Below, piece by piece: positions 41,547 to 51,174 of a DNA stretch of 64,000 nt. Both the position numbers and the translations under genes were made by a program. Where the stretch lies: the NCBI GenBank assembly GCA_034176395.1, contig JAXFUC010000011.1, positions 14,235-78,234 on the forward strand, written 5' to 3'. The stretch comes from Bacteroides sp. GTDB lineage: Bacteria; Bacteroidota; Bacteroidia; Bacteroidales; Bacteroidaceae. Every line of letters starts with the position of its first letter. The first letter of the stretch is position 1. Under the pieces are notes generated by a model. The model ran no database searches. It was not told the DNA's origin and saw only the letters and a program-made list of their open reading frames with translations.

Positions 41547-41936
41547 ATGTATTTAGTACTCATTATCCTGATGGTTGTTACAGCCCTGCTGATGTGCTTC
41601 ATCGTCCTGATTCAGAACTCTAAGGGTGGTGGATTGGCATCGGGTTTCTCGTCTTCCAACGCCATTATGGGCGTGCGGAAAACAACCGATTTTCTGGAAA
41701 AAGCCACATGGACTTTGGCTGCTGCAATGGTGGTACTCAGCGTATTGGCCGCCTATGCACTCCCCTCTGCCTCCACAGAGAACGCTTTGATTGAACAAGC
41801 GCGCAAAGAGCAGCAAACCAATCCCTACAACCTTCCGGCAGGAACCAACGCACCTGCTGCCACTGCTCCCACCTCGGACGCCATCCCCACACAAGATGCA
41901 CCGGCCGAAGGCACTCCTGCTCCCACAGCAGAATAA
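41547..41936 (+). CDS. secG: Preprotein translocase subunit SecG
   Basis: IVLIQNSKGGGLASGFSS...GVRKTTDFLEKATW. Confidence 0.95.
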   Translation: MYLVLIILMVVTALLMCFIVLIQNSKGGGLASGFSSSNAIMGVRKTTDFLEKATWTLAAAMVVLSVLAAYALPSASTENALIEQARKEQQTNPYNLPAGTNAPAATAPTSDAIPTQDAPAEGTPAPTAE

Positions 41937-41994
41937 AGCATTCCATTGTCAAGCAGGCGAGACGACCGAATCGTTCACCTACCGACAACCCCAT

Positions 41995-42047
41995 AAAGAA
42001 GCGAGGCAGCCCATCTCCGACAAGAAGAGAAGCTGCCTCGCTTCTTT
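41995..42047 (+). terminator. Terminator-like hairpin after secG
   Basis: 16-bp perfect inverted repeat AAAGAAGCGAGGCAGC / GCTGCCTCGCTTCTTT. Confidence 0.7.
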
Positions 42048-42097
42048 GCTTGGTGCAAGCTCACAACGACTTTTGTATCACTAAAACCTAATAACGT

Positions 42098-43498
42098 ATG
42101 AACACCACGAAAGGAATCAAACAAACCTTGCGAGACTCGGCCTTGGCTCGCTGGACAGCACTCGTACTCGTAGCATCCAGCATGTTCTTTGCCTATATGT
42201 TTGTCGATGTACTCTCGCCCCTACAAACCATGTTGGCCACCCAGCACAACTGGGATGCAGACACTTACGGAACATTTGCCAGCTCGGAGTACTTCTTGAA
42301 TGTCTTTGTCTTCTTCCTCATCTTCGCGGGCATCATCCTCGACAAGATGGGCATTCGCTTCACAGCCATCCTCTCGGGCGTGGTCATGGTAGTGGGTGGA
42401 GCCATCAAGCTCTATGCCATCAGCCCCCTATTTGTCTCCGGCAACGGTTTGTACGACTGGCTCAACTCATTCTGGACCTCCTTCCCCGCCAATGCCAAAT
42501 TGGCCTCATTGGGCTTTGCCATCTTTGGATGTGGCGTAGAGATGGCCGGCATCACCGTGTCAAAAGCCATCGTCAAATGGTTCACCGGCAAGGAATTGGC
42601 ACTGGCCATGGGATTGGAGATGGCCATCGCACGCCTGGGCGTGTTTGCCGTATTCCGTCTCTCACCCCAAGTAGCCAACTGGGGTAGCCCCGATGTGGTT
42701 CGTCCGGTGGCCGTGGTATGTGCCTTGCTCTGCATCGGCCTACTTTCGTTCATCGTCTATTCGTTGATGGACAAGAAGCTGGATGCCCAGTTGGGCGAAG
42801 CTACCGAAGGCGAAGCCGAAGAGCCGTTCAAGCTCAGCGACTTGGGAATCCTCTTCACCAGCCGTACGTTCTTGGTTGTGGCGCTGCTGTGCGTGCTCTA
42901 CTATTCGGCCATCTTCCCCTTCCAAAAGTTTGCCACCGGCATGCTCGAAAATCGCTTGGGCATGGACACCACCGAGGCATCCAACCTCTTTTCGTGGTTT
43001 CCCATCGGAGCCATGGCATTGACTCCGTTGCTGGGCGGCTTCCTCGACCGGGTTGGTAAAGGTGCCACCATGCTGATGCTGGGTGCCTTGCTCATGTCGG
43101 GCTGTCACCTCATCTTTGCCCTTTATCCCCTCGACGGTGGGGCAACATCGCGGCTCGTGGCCTATGCAGCCATCATACTGCTGGGCGTTTCGTTCTCGCT
43201 CGTCCCGGCTGCCTTGTGGCCGTCCGTACCCAAACTGGTGGAAAATCGGTACCTAGGTTCGGCCTACTCGGTCATCTTCTGGATTCAAAACATAGGTCTA
43301 TGGGCTTTCCCCATGATCATCGGTAAGGCACTTGTATGGGCCAATCCCGGCGTGGAAGCAGGTGGAACATACGATTACACCGCACCCATGCTGATTTTTG
43401 CCTCACTGGGTGTCATCGCCTTCCTGTTGGGCATGTATCTCAAGACCGAAGATCGCCGCAAAGGCTACGGACTGGAACTTCCGAATATCAAAGAATAA
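42098..43498 (+). CDS. Major facilitator superfamily transporter
   Basis: About 12 hydrophobic segments; GIILDKMGIR and GGFLDRVGK motif A repeats. Confidence 0.9.
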   Translation: MNTTKGIKQTLRDSALARWTALVLVASSMFFAYMFVDVLSPLQTMLATQHNWDADTYGTFASSEYFLNVFVFFLIFAGIILDKMGIRFTAILSGVVMVVGGAIKLYAISPLFVSGNGLYDWLNSFWTSFPANAKLASLGFAIFGCGVEMAGITVSKAIVKWFTGKELALAMGLEMAIARLGVFAVFRLSPQVANWGSPDVVRPVAVVCALLCIGLLSFIVYSLMDKKLDAQLGEATEGEAEEPFKLSDLGILFTSRTFLVVALLCVLYYSAIFPFQKFATGMLENRLGMDTTEASNLFSWFPIGAMALTPLLGGFLDRVGKGATMLMLGALLMSGCHLIFALYPLDGGATSRLVAYAAIILLGVSFSLVPAALWPSVPKLVENRYLGSAYSVIFWIQNIGLWAFPMIIGKALVWANPGVEAGGTYDYTAPMLIFASLGVIAFLLGMYLKTEDRRKGYGLELPNIKE

Positions 43499-43537
43499 GC
43501 ATATAAAGCCAAGACGTCGGCTCAAGCATACATACGA

Positions 43538-43575
43538 AATCGCCACCTTTCATCGAGTTATGAAAGGTGGCGATT
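43538..43575. terminator. Perfect 16-bp inverted repeat after MFS gene
   Basis: AATCGCCACCTTTCAT-cgagtt-ATGAAAGGTGGCGATT; lacks a clear T-run. Confidence 0.55.
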
Positions 43576-43681
43576 CTGCATTGATAAACAACCGGTTGTC
43601 CAAGGATAGAGCCCTCACACTTCGCCCTCATGCACCGCATCTCTTGCTTCCCACTTGCCAACAGCCTATACTTAGCCAACG

Positions 43682-43761
43682 AAGTGCCTACATTTTGCGA
43701 CCAAAGTGCAGGCACTTAAGGTGCAAACCATAGGCACTTGATCGGGAAAGTGTTCGTGCTT
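43682..43761. repeat. 22-bp repeat family copy with 36-bp palindrome and two further reverse units
   Basis: AAGTGCCTACATTTTG-cgac-CAAAGTGCAGGCACTT (43682-43717); further units at 43724 and 43746. Confidence 0.85.
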
Positions 43762-43772
43762 TGAGCACACAG

Positions 43773-43840
43773 AAAAAACGCAGACCGAATGGGAAACATC
43801 CTCATGTTTACTCAAGACAAGGGATTCCATTCGGTCTGCG
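43773..43840 (-). terminator. Terminator for DUF3127 gene
   Basis: CGCAGACCGAATGG...CCATTCGGTCTGCG 14-bp stem followed by TTTTTT on the minus strand. Confidence 0.7.
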
Positions 43841-43874
43841 CCGGTATCTATAATGCAAAACGACTGCTACCCTC

Positions 43875-44249
43875 TTAGAAAGGCAGGTCGTCGGTGGCGT
43901 CACCGACCGTGAAACCGGGTACGGGCGATGCGGCCGGAGGAGGCACATCGGCTCCACCCATAGCCTGCGGCATAGCCGAGCCACGTTCCACTTTCCAAGC
44001 ACGTATGCTATTGAACCAACGGTCTTGCCATTGACGAGCGTCGATGTCGAAAGATACGGTCAAGACCTCGCCCATCTGAATGTTAAACTGTTCGATTTTG
44101 TCGGCCCCAAATACATCGAAGCACATCTTGCGTGGATACTGATCGTTGCTTTCGATGACATATTCTTGGGCTTTCCATTCGTTGCCACTGGCTTTGGACA
44201 CTCCGCTGCGCATGGGCAGGATGGCAATCACTTTTCCTGTAAATTCCAT
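43875..44249 (-). CDS. DUF3127 family protein (SSB-like)
   Basis: MEFTGKVIA, WKAQEYV, QYPRKMCFDVFG, FDIDARQW..RWFN..AWK; acidic DDLPF tail. Confidence 0.88.
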   Translation of the reverse strand: MEFTGKVIAILPMRSGVSKASGNEWKAQEYVIESNDQYPRKMCFDVFGADKIEQFNIQMGEVLTVSFDIDARQWQDRWFNSIRAWKVERGSAMPQAMGGADVPPPAASPVPGFTVGDATDDLPF

Positions 44250-44400
44250 TGTCGTAAACTTTTGTAGATTATGCTGCGAAGGTACATTTTTTGTAAGAGA
44301 AAAACATCCTTGCCCACGGCTTTCTTTGCGAAGTCACGGCTTCGAGGATATTCTTCTCGGGCACACTCACCTTGATTTCCTCTCGCCATCGACCAACAAA

Positions 44401-44434
44401 ACACCCCTTTTCAATCGCGATTGAAAAGGGGTGT
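44401..44434 (-). terminator. Terminator after glnA (perfect 34-bp palindrome)
   Basis: ACACCCCTTTTCAATCG|CGATTGAAAAGGGGTGT, then TTTG on the minus strand. Confidence 0.75.
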
Positions 44435-44466
44435 ATAAGCTATTTAGAGCCGCAAGCGACTTATCT

Positions 44467-46656
44467 TTACTTGGTAAAAAGCAATTCGCGGTACTTGGGC
44501 AAAGGCCAAATTTCATCGTCGATCTCCATCTCCAGATGGTCGATATGGTCGCGAATCAGCTCCAAATAGGGGCGCACTCGGTCTTCGTAAGCAAAGGCTT
44601 TGTCTTTGTGCGAACCCAGATGATTGGCCACCTTGCGTTCTTCTATCATATCGTGTACCAGTGTTTTGATAGCTGTTACCCGACGTGAGATGTTGCGCAC
44701 CAAGTCCTTTCGATCGGCACTCATGGATTCGTATTCCTCGGGGGAGAAAATCTCCTTCATGCGACAGAGGTTCTCGAGCAAACGATTTTGATATTCCACG
44801 GCAATAGGCACAATGTGATTGATGGCCAAATCGCCCAATACGCGGCTTTCGATTTGCACCTTCATCGTATACTTCTCCAGCTCCACTTCCAACCGGCTGT
44901 TCAGCTCCGTTTCATTGAACACGCCCTCGCCTATCAAGACCGATCGAGACTGTTCGTCCACGTAGTGCAACAAAGCTTGAGGCACATGGTTAATGTTGGT
45001 CAGCCCACGACGAGCCGCCTCTTCTTTCCATTCCTCGGAGTAGCCATCGCCCTCGAAACGGATGGGTTCGGAAGCAAGGATGGTTTCTTTCAGAATGCGG
45101 AATATGGCCTCATCCTTGCCCACACCTTCGGCCATCAAACGTTCCACCTGCCGGCGGAAATCGTTGAGTTGGGCCGCCATGGCCGCATTGACCGCAATCA
45201 TGGCCGCAGCACAGTTGGACGACGAACCGCCGGCACGAAACTCAAAACGATTACCGGTAAAGGCAAAGGGAGAAGTGCGGTTGCGATCGGTTGTGTCGAG
45301 CAATATCTCGGGAATACGCCCAATGCCCAGCTTGAGTGTAGTCTTTTCCTCGGGTGTCATCTTATCATCGCCCACCTGGCGCACAATTTCATCGAGCGTG
45401 GCCGAGAGTTGACGACCCAGGAAGCAAGAAAGGATGGAAGGAGGAGCTTCGTTTGCCCCCAGGCGATAGCTGTTGCTTGCGCTGGATATGGAGGCTCGCA
45501 ACAGGTTCTGATTCTTGTAGACCATCATCAGCGCATTGACCAAGAACGTGAGGAAAAGCATATTCCCCTTGGGATTCTTGCCCGGTGCAAACAAATTGAT
45601 GCCGGTATCGGTGCACAGCGACCAATTGTTGTGTTTGCCCGATCCATTGACACCGCTATAAGGTTTCTCGTGCAGCAATACGTTGAAATGATGCTTACGA
45701 GCGATGCGCTTCATAAGATCCATCACCAATTGGTTATGGTCGTTGGCCAAATTGCAGTTCTCAAAGATCGGAGCTAACTCAAATTGGTTGGGGGCCACCT
45801 CGTTGTGGCGCGTCTTTGCCGGAATGCCCAACTTATGACACTCAATCTCCAGCTCCTTCATAAAGGCCGTCACACGGGGAGGTATGGAACCGAAGTAATG
45901 GTCTTCCAACTGTTGGTCTTTGGCCGAAGCGTGCCCCATCAGCGTGCGTCCCGTCAAAGCCAAATCGGGGCGGGCGTTGTAGAGCGAAGAGTCCACCAAA
46001 AAGTATTCCTGCTCCCAGCCCAAGTTGGCATACACCCGGGTCACATTCTTATCGAAGAGCTGACACAACTCGGTAGCCGCCTTATCCACCGCAGCCAAAG
46101 CCTTCAACAAAGGCGTCTTATAGTCGAGTGCCTCGCCCGTATAGGAAATAAAGATGGTGGGGATACACAAGGTAGAATCTACCACAAAAGCAGGCGAAGA
46201 AACATCCCATGCAGTGTAACCACGTGCTTCAAACGTATTGCGGATGCCACCATTGGGAAATGAAGACGCATCGGGCTCTTGTTGAACAAGCAATGAACCG
46301 GAGAAACGCTCGATCACTCCGCCATCGTCTCCCATCTCGATAAAGCCATCGTGCTTCTCGGCCGTTCCGTCGGTCAGTGGTTGAAACCAGTGTGTGTAAT
46401 GGGTTACATTGAGCGATTTAGCCCAACTCTTCATACCATTGGCAATCAAATCGGCTTGTTCCCGACTAATAGGTATTCCCCGCTCTATGGCATCCACCAC
46501 TGCTTTGTAGGCCTCCCGAGGAAGATACTCTTGCATCTTTTTGCGGTCGAACACATGACTGCCATAGTAGTCGGACAGTTTCTCTGAAGGGGGAGTTACC
46601 ACCAACGGTTGCCGATTGGCCAGCTCTTGGAGAGCAAAAAATCTCATCTTGGACAT
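44467..46656 (-). CDS. glnA: Glutamine synthetase type III
   Basis: HYTHWFQPLT..TAEKHD, EPDASSFPNGG, HNEVAPNQFE, HEKPY.GVNGSGKHNNW, DRNRTSPFAFTGNRFEFR; start MSKMRF. Confidence 0.95.
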   Translation of the reverse strand: MSKMRFFALQELANRQPLVVTPPSEKLSDYYGSHVFDRKKMQEYLPREAYKAVVDAIERGIPISREQADLIANGMKSWAKSLNVTHYTHWFQPLTDGTAEKHDGFIEMGDDGGVIERFSGSLLVQQEPDASSFPNGGIRNTFEARGYTAWDVSSPAFVVDSTLCIPTIFISYTGEALDYKTPLLKALAAVDKAATELCQLFDKNVTRVYANLGWEQEYFLVDSSLYNARPDLALTGRTLMGHASAKDQQLEDHYFGSIPPRVTAFMKELEIECHKLGIPAKTRHNEVAPNQFELAPIFENCNLANDHNQLVMDLMKRIARKHHFNVLLHEKPYSGVNGSGKHNNWSLCTDTGINLFAPGKNPKGNMLFLTFLVNALMMVYKNQNLLRASISSASNSYRLGANEAPPSILSCFLGRQLSATLDEIVRQVGDDKMTPEEKTTLKLGIGRIPEILLDTTDRNRTSPFAFTGNRFEFRAGGSSSNCAAAMIAVNAAMAAQLNDFRRQVERLMAEGVGKDEAIFRILKETILASEPIRFEGDGYSEEWKEEAARRGLTNINHVPQALLHYVDEQSRSVLIGEGVFNETELNSRLEVELEKYTMKVQIESRVLGDLAINHIVPIAVEYQNRLLENLCRMKEIFSPEEYESMSADRKDLVRNISRRVTAIKTLVHDMIEERKVANHLGSHKDKAFAYEDRVRPYLELIRDHIDHLEMEIDDEIWPLPKYRELLFTK

Positions 46657-46686
46657 CTTGAGTTGTATTATTAGGGTTTTTCGGAG

Positions 46687-46694
46687 CAAATGTA
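46687..46694 (-). promoter_or_regulatory. Housekeeping promoter -7 element (TACATTTG)
   Basis: TAnnTTTG on minus strand 31 bp upstream of the glnA start. Confidence 0.6.
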
Positions 46695-46719
46695 CACTTT
46701 CACCCGGATTAACCCCAAC

Positions 46720-46756
46720 AAAAATAGGGTCTATCTCAAAAATAGACCCTATTTTT
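46720..46756 (-). terminator. Terminator of the SusCD-M16 operon (15-bp perfect inverted repeat)
   Basis: AAAAATAGGGTCTAT-ctcaaaa-ATAGACCCTATTTTT, about 125 bp past the M16 stop. Confidence 0.7.
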
Positions 46757-46879
46757 CATTACACCCCCTCTATGTTCCAGGGGTCATCTCTAAAATATCA
46801 TTCAAAAACTGAGCACAGACTCCATTTATTCGTCTGTCCGTAAATCTACATTTCAGTGGTCAACCTCGCATCCAAAACC

Positions 46880-49720
46880 TCACTTCTCCCAAGAACGCAG
46901 ATGTGGAGGTAAGGACTTGACGATAATTTGTCGCTCCTTGGCTTGCGAAAGAATTCTCTTGACTATTTGACTCATTTCCTCAATCGTAAGTGTGGCAAAA
47001 GGAGATTCTTCTTTTGCTGTTCCTACTTTGGGAGGAATTTGACCTGTTGTCGAATAGATGTTGATAACCCCCAACCAAAAAAGTTCCTCGGGCATCTCGG
47101 ACTCAAAATCCTCCTCGGGCTGCACGGCCAAGGGCACTTGGATGGCCTTGAATTCATCAACGCTCATCTCACCCTCGCTCACCTGCCGAACGATGCGTTC
47201 GGCCAGCTTCTTCATCTGCTCAGCACGCAATCGGTCGGTGGTAAAGTGCACAGATAGATTGGCCACGGGACGCAGCTGGGTTTCGTAATCAGCTCTAACA
47301 CCCACGCTATACGTCGCTTGCTCGCGTTCACGCAGCTCACTGAACAAGCGCTGTTCCAATACCCCCTTAAAGAGAGTCCAAGCTGCTTGCTCACGTTCGT
47401 TAAGTTCTACATCCGAAACGTACGAAAGCTCTACCTCTCCTACATCGCCCGGCAAATCCACTTCAAAAGTTTTCTCCAAACGTGAGTCGGAACGAGAGAA
47501 ATCCAATGCCTGTGGATTGGGAGGCAGTACCTTAAGCTCAGGATGGGTGGGGAGTGAAGCTATATAACGACAAACCAATCGCTTAGCCTCCTCTCTGGGA
47601 ATGTTTCCCACAAGACAGAAGGTGTAACGATCGGCATTTGCCAAATGAGCCTTAAAGAGCCGTTCAACGTCTGCCAACTTGATGCTGCGGTAGAAAGCCT
47701 CGTTCTTCTCGGGATTGTGCTCGCTATAAGGATAGAGGAGACGTTGTATGGAATCTTGCACAGCTTCCATTCCTTGAGGGTTGTGTGTCACGGCTGCCAA
47801 GGCGTTTCGTTCGATGTACTTCGCAAGAGTTTCCGCCGAGAAATTGTGGTTGGCCAACACCAAGTGCAGATAGGCGAAGAAATCTTCAGCCTCCTCTTGG
47901 GTAGTATTACCGCCCACCCCATCGCTTAACTCCTCTGCCGAGATGCTAAGTTCAAAGTCCTTGTTCTGCAACCATTGATGCAACTGATTGCGCGAGTAGC
48001 GGTGAACCCCACTCTGCATAATCAAACTGCGCATAGCTGTGTAGGCCGGAATGTCGCAAGACTTTACGGCCGAACGCCCCCCGGGAGCCGAACCCGCAAA
48101 ATAGCAACGACGTGCCTCGGGAAGATACTTGTAGTATAGTTTTGCTCCATTACTCAGCGTCCACTCTTCTATCTCCAATTCGGGAATGTCTTGTGATTTA
48201 AGTATCTGTCCTAAAGGAATCTCATGATCAACAAGCGTAGTGATGGGCTCATAATGCATCGGTTCCATTCTCGTGGTCTTGCCCTTTTGCAAAGCATGCA
48301 GAAAGGACTGTTCACTCAGATTCATCTCCTCTCCATTACGCGAGTAGGTGACAAAGGCAAGATTCTTGTCTCCACCGAGTGACTTCATCCAAGTATTCAG
48401 GTCTTCCACCTCTAATTCTACCAAGGTTTCCAAAGTCTCATGAAGTTGAACTCTAAAAGGAACGATATCTTCCCCGTAAAGAAAGTTCAACTTGAAGGCA
48501 TCGAAGTAATTATCGGGAGTGCCAAGCAATTTTGCCTCCAAAACAGATTTAATATCTTGATACATACTGCGCTTGCACTCCTCGAATTCTATTTCCGTGA
48601 ATCCCTCACGCACGATTGTTTCTCGCAAAGCAAGTACCTGCAAAAGGGCAGATTCGGCCTGCCCGGCATAGGGCACTACATCCCAAGCAAATTGGCGATA
48701 ACCGCGCACCAAATCCGAAAGGCTCACGGTAGCCGCAACGAACAGCTCTTGGTTATCATTGCGCAATTGTGCAAAGCGACGAGGAGCAAGGCGATTGAAA
48801 AAGCGTGTACAAATCATGTTTCGCAACACTGCCGATTTATCGCTCGGATTCACAACCGGGAAGCGTTGGTAGATACCAAACGAAGCACTCTTATTTTCCG
48901 CATCAACGAAGCGAATATAGAGAGGTGTTTCGTTATCGGCAATCAGACGTAGAGGTTTGTCGTCGGCCGTTGTTCCCGCTTTGAGCTTACCGAGTGTGGC
49001 ACGAAGCTTCTCTTCGTATTGCACGGGATCCACATCCCCGATGATGGCTACAAATTGCATATGAGGACGATACCAACTCTTGTAGAAGGCCTGCACCTCG
49101 CGTGCTGTAAAGCCCTTGATACTCTCTTCACTACCGATTACATTGCGGTGTGCGTAAACGCTATTGTTGTATATCACCGGAGCAATACTCTCGCTCAGAC
49201 GATGGTTCACATCATTGCGCTGCCGCCACTCTTCAACAACAATACCTTGCTCTTTACGTACGTCTTTCTCTGTTATTGCAATGCCATGACACCAATCATG
49301 GAGCAACCCGAGCATACGCGCATTCACTTCTTCGTCGTGCACCGGCACTCCATGAACAGCATAGTAGGTTTCATCCTTGCCCGTAAAAGCCTCGAAATCA
49401 TGTAGCCCCTTGCTTCGTAGGTATGCCATCACTCCCTCGGGGAAGTGGCGAGTCGTGTTGAAAGCCAAATGCTCCAAAAGGTGTGCAATACCTTGCTGGT
49501 GATCTTGCTCAAGAACAGCTCCTACGTTTTGATAGACGTAATAGCTCACTTGATCGGGCATACCTTTATCGTGCAGAATGTAATAACTCAATCCATTGGA
49601 GAGTTTCCCTTGCCTAAGTCTTTCGGCCAACTCGCTCTTAGTCTGTGCCTGCACAGATACACAGCTTAGGATAAGCAACATCCATAAGCTGTATTTTTTT
49701 AAGTATCTCCACATAATCAT
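46880..49720 (-). CDS. M16 family zinc protease (insulinase/PqqL-like)
   Basis: Signal peptide, GKLSNGLSYYI, inverted zinc motif HLLEH, IVVEEWR, second half WTLSNGAK and YSVG. Confidence 0.92.
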   Translation of the reverse strand: MIMWRYLKKYSLWMLLILSCVSVQAQTKSELAERLRQGKLSNGLSYYILHDKGMPDQVSYYVYQNVGAVLEQDHQQGIAHLLEHLAFNTTRHFPEGVMAYLRSKGLHDFEAFTGKDETYYAVHGVPVHDEEVNARMLGLLHDWCHGIAITEKDVRKEQGIVVEEWRQRNDVNHRLSESIAPVIYNNSVYAHRNVIGSEESIKGFTAREVQAFYKSWYRPHMQFVAIIGDVDPVQYEEKLRATLGKLKAGTTADDKPLRLIADNETPLYIRFVDAENKSASFGIYQRFPVVNPSDKSAVLRNMICTRFFNRLAPRRFAQLRNDNQELFVAATVSLSDLVRGYRQFAWDVVPYAGQAESALLQVLALRETIVREGFTEIEFEECKRSMYQDIKSVLEAKLLGTPDNYFDAFKLNFLYGEDIVPFRVQLHETLETLVELEVEDLNTWMKSLGGDKNLAFVTYSRNGEEMNLSEQSFLHALQKGKTTRMEPMHYEPITTLVDHEIPLGQILKSQDIPELEIEEWTLSNGAKLYYKYLPEARRCYFAGSAPGGRSAVKSCDIPAYTAMRSLIMQSGVHRYSRNQLHQWLQNKDFELSISAEELSDGVGGNTTQEEAEDFFAYLHLVLANHNFSAETLAKYIERNALAAVTHNPQGMEAVQDSIQRLLYPYSEHNPEKNEAFYRSIKLADVERLFKAHLANADRYTFCLVGNIPREEAKRLVCRYIASLPTHPELKVLPPNPQALDFSRSDSRLEKTFEVDLPGDVGEVELSYVSDVELNEREQAAWTLFKGVLEQRLFSELREREQATYSVGVRADYETQLRPVANLSVHFTTDRLRAEQMKKLAERIVRQVSEGEMSVDEFKAIQVPLAVQPEEDFESEMPEELFWLGVINIYSTTGQIPPKVGTAKEESPFATLTIEEMSQIVKRILSQAKERQIIVKSLPPHLRSWEK

Positions 49721-51030
49721 TTCTCCAACAATTCGAGTTCTGCAAGCTTCTTATGTACCACAGCCTGCACCATGGATTGGGCTGTTTGCAGTTTCTCCAT
49801 TTGTAACGACTCGATGTTCGCCTGATTATAAAGAGCACGTGCTCTGGTAAAGTCTTTCATTGCTCGGTAGGAGTCGCCCATCATCACGAGGAGATTGATG
49901 CGATTGATAAGCACTTCTTCTCCTTGTAACGCGCGTTCTATCCACACAATCGCCTGTTTATGCTGCTCTGCCTTTAACTTATCGCCCATGGCATAGTATA
50001 AATCTTGTGCAGCCTTTCCATAATCGGCCGGGGTGGCACTCTCACCAATCAATCCAAAGTACTTATTGAGCGACTCGATATAGCTACCGGCATCTTTATT
50101 CTTATACAGTTCGAAAAGGGCATCGAAATACATCTTGGAACGCTCATAGGGAACTACGCCCGGAGGCACTACCATGGAATAGGCAGCTTTGTACTCTCCG
50201 TTTATCTTATCAAGGTATTTGCTGTATTCGGCATCCCCCTCGCGTATAAGTTTCTCTATCTGCTCGTCGTTACTCTCTACAATGTAATAGGCTGCTGCTT
50301 GACCAACTGCTTTAATCCACTCATCGAGGTTTTGGTTGATAAACTCCATCATTTCCAAACGATGCGCTTCGTCTTCTCCACCAAGACTGTTGATAATTCG
50401 ATAGTCGGTCTTATTGATAAGGGCAGGCCCTTTCTTGGCTGAGATGTACGAATGGTAGAGTTTGCGCACACGCACCACCCATTTTTCCGCATCCATTCCT
50501 TCTTGGGCAGCCAAGAAGTTGGGAGCTTTCGCAAGCAGTTCTTGTTGTATCTTCAGATCGGCAGGATCATTACGGTGTCTCTTATACAGTTCCTCGAAAC
50601 TTATGGCATCTCCCTTGGCAATACGAGCTGCTTCCAGCAGTTCCACAGCGTTCAACGCTCCCGAATGAATCGACAAGGGTTTACCCTCCTTATTCACAAA
50701 AGCGAGGGTGGGGAAAGCCTCCACTTTGAACAACTCTACGGCCGTCTTATTCTCGGACTTCTCAGCATCAAGTTTCACCGAAATAAAATGCTCATTGAAA
50801 TAAACGCCCACGGAATCAACTGTAAACACTTCATTGCTCATGCGCTTACAAGGACCGCACCACACTGCATAGAAGTCGATGAACAACAATTTGTTCTGCT
50901 TTTGAGCGGCTGACAAGGCCTGTTCGTATGTTCCTTCAAAAAAATGAATACCGCTCTTTTGCTCCTGAGCCGACAGTCCCGATAGGTAAACAAGGGTCAG
51001 GAGGGGCATTATTATGTATCTCTTTATCAT
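49717..51030 (-). CDS. Exported thioredoxin-domain protein (WCGPC) with TPR-like helical C-terminus
   Basis: LLFIDFYAVWCGPCK, VEAFPTL; signal peptide from MIKRYII (ORF track starts at 51066); stop overlaps the M16 start. Confidence 0.85.
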   Translation of the reverse strand: MIKRYIIMPLLTLVYLSGLSAQEQKSGIHFFEGTYEQALSAAQKQNKLLFIDFYAVWCGPCKRMSNEVFTVDSVGVYFNEHFISVKLDAEKSENKTAVELFKVEAFPTLAFVNKEGKPLSIHSGALNAVELLEAARIAKGDAISFEELYKRHRNDPADLKIQQELLAKAPNFLAAQEGMDAEKWVVRVRKLYHSYISAKKGPALINKTDYRIINSLGGEDEAHRLEMMEFINQNLDEWIKAVGQAAAYYIVESNDEQIEKLIREGDAEYSKYLDKINGEYKAAYSMVVPPGVVPYERSKMYFDALFELYKNKDAGSYIESLNKYFGLIGESATPADYGKAAQDLYYAMGDKLKAEQHKQAIVWIERALQGEEVLINRINLLVMMGDSYRAMKDFTRARALYNQANIESLQMEKLQTAQSMVQAVVHKKLAELELLEK

Positions 51031-51174
51031 AATCTTGTTTTCTTTATTGATTTCTTCGTTTTTCATCTCTGGGCTTGGAATGGGGAAAAGTAATCCACCG
51101 TTTTAGTCCTCGGTATCTTCTTCTCCATCGCCACTCTCGGAGGTTTCATCATCCAACTCCTCGTAAGAAATTAC

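Noticed and set aside
44401-46767. ACACCCC on both sides of glnA as target-site duplication
   Set aside because: Only 7 bp, one copy is part of the terminator stem, and glnA is a core gene.
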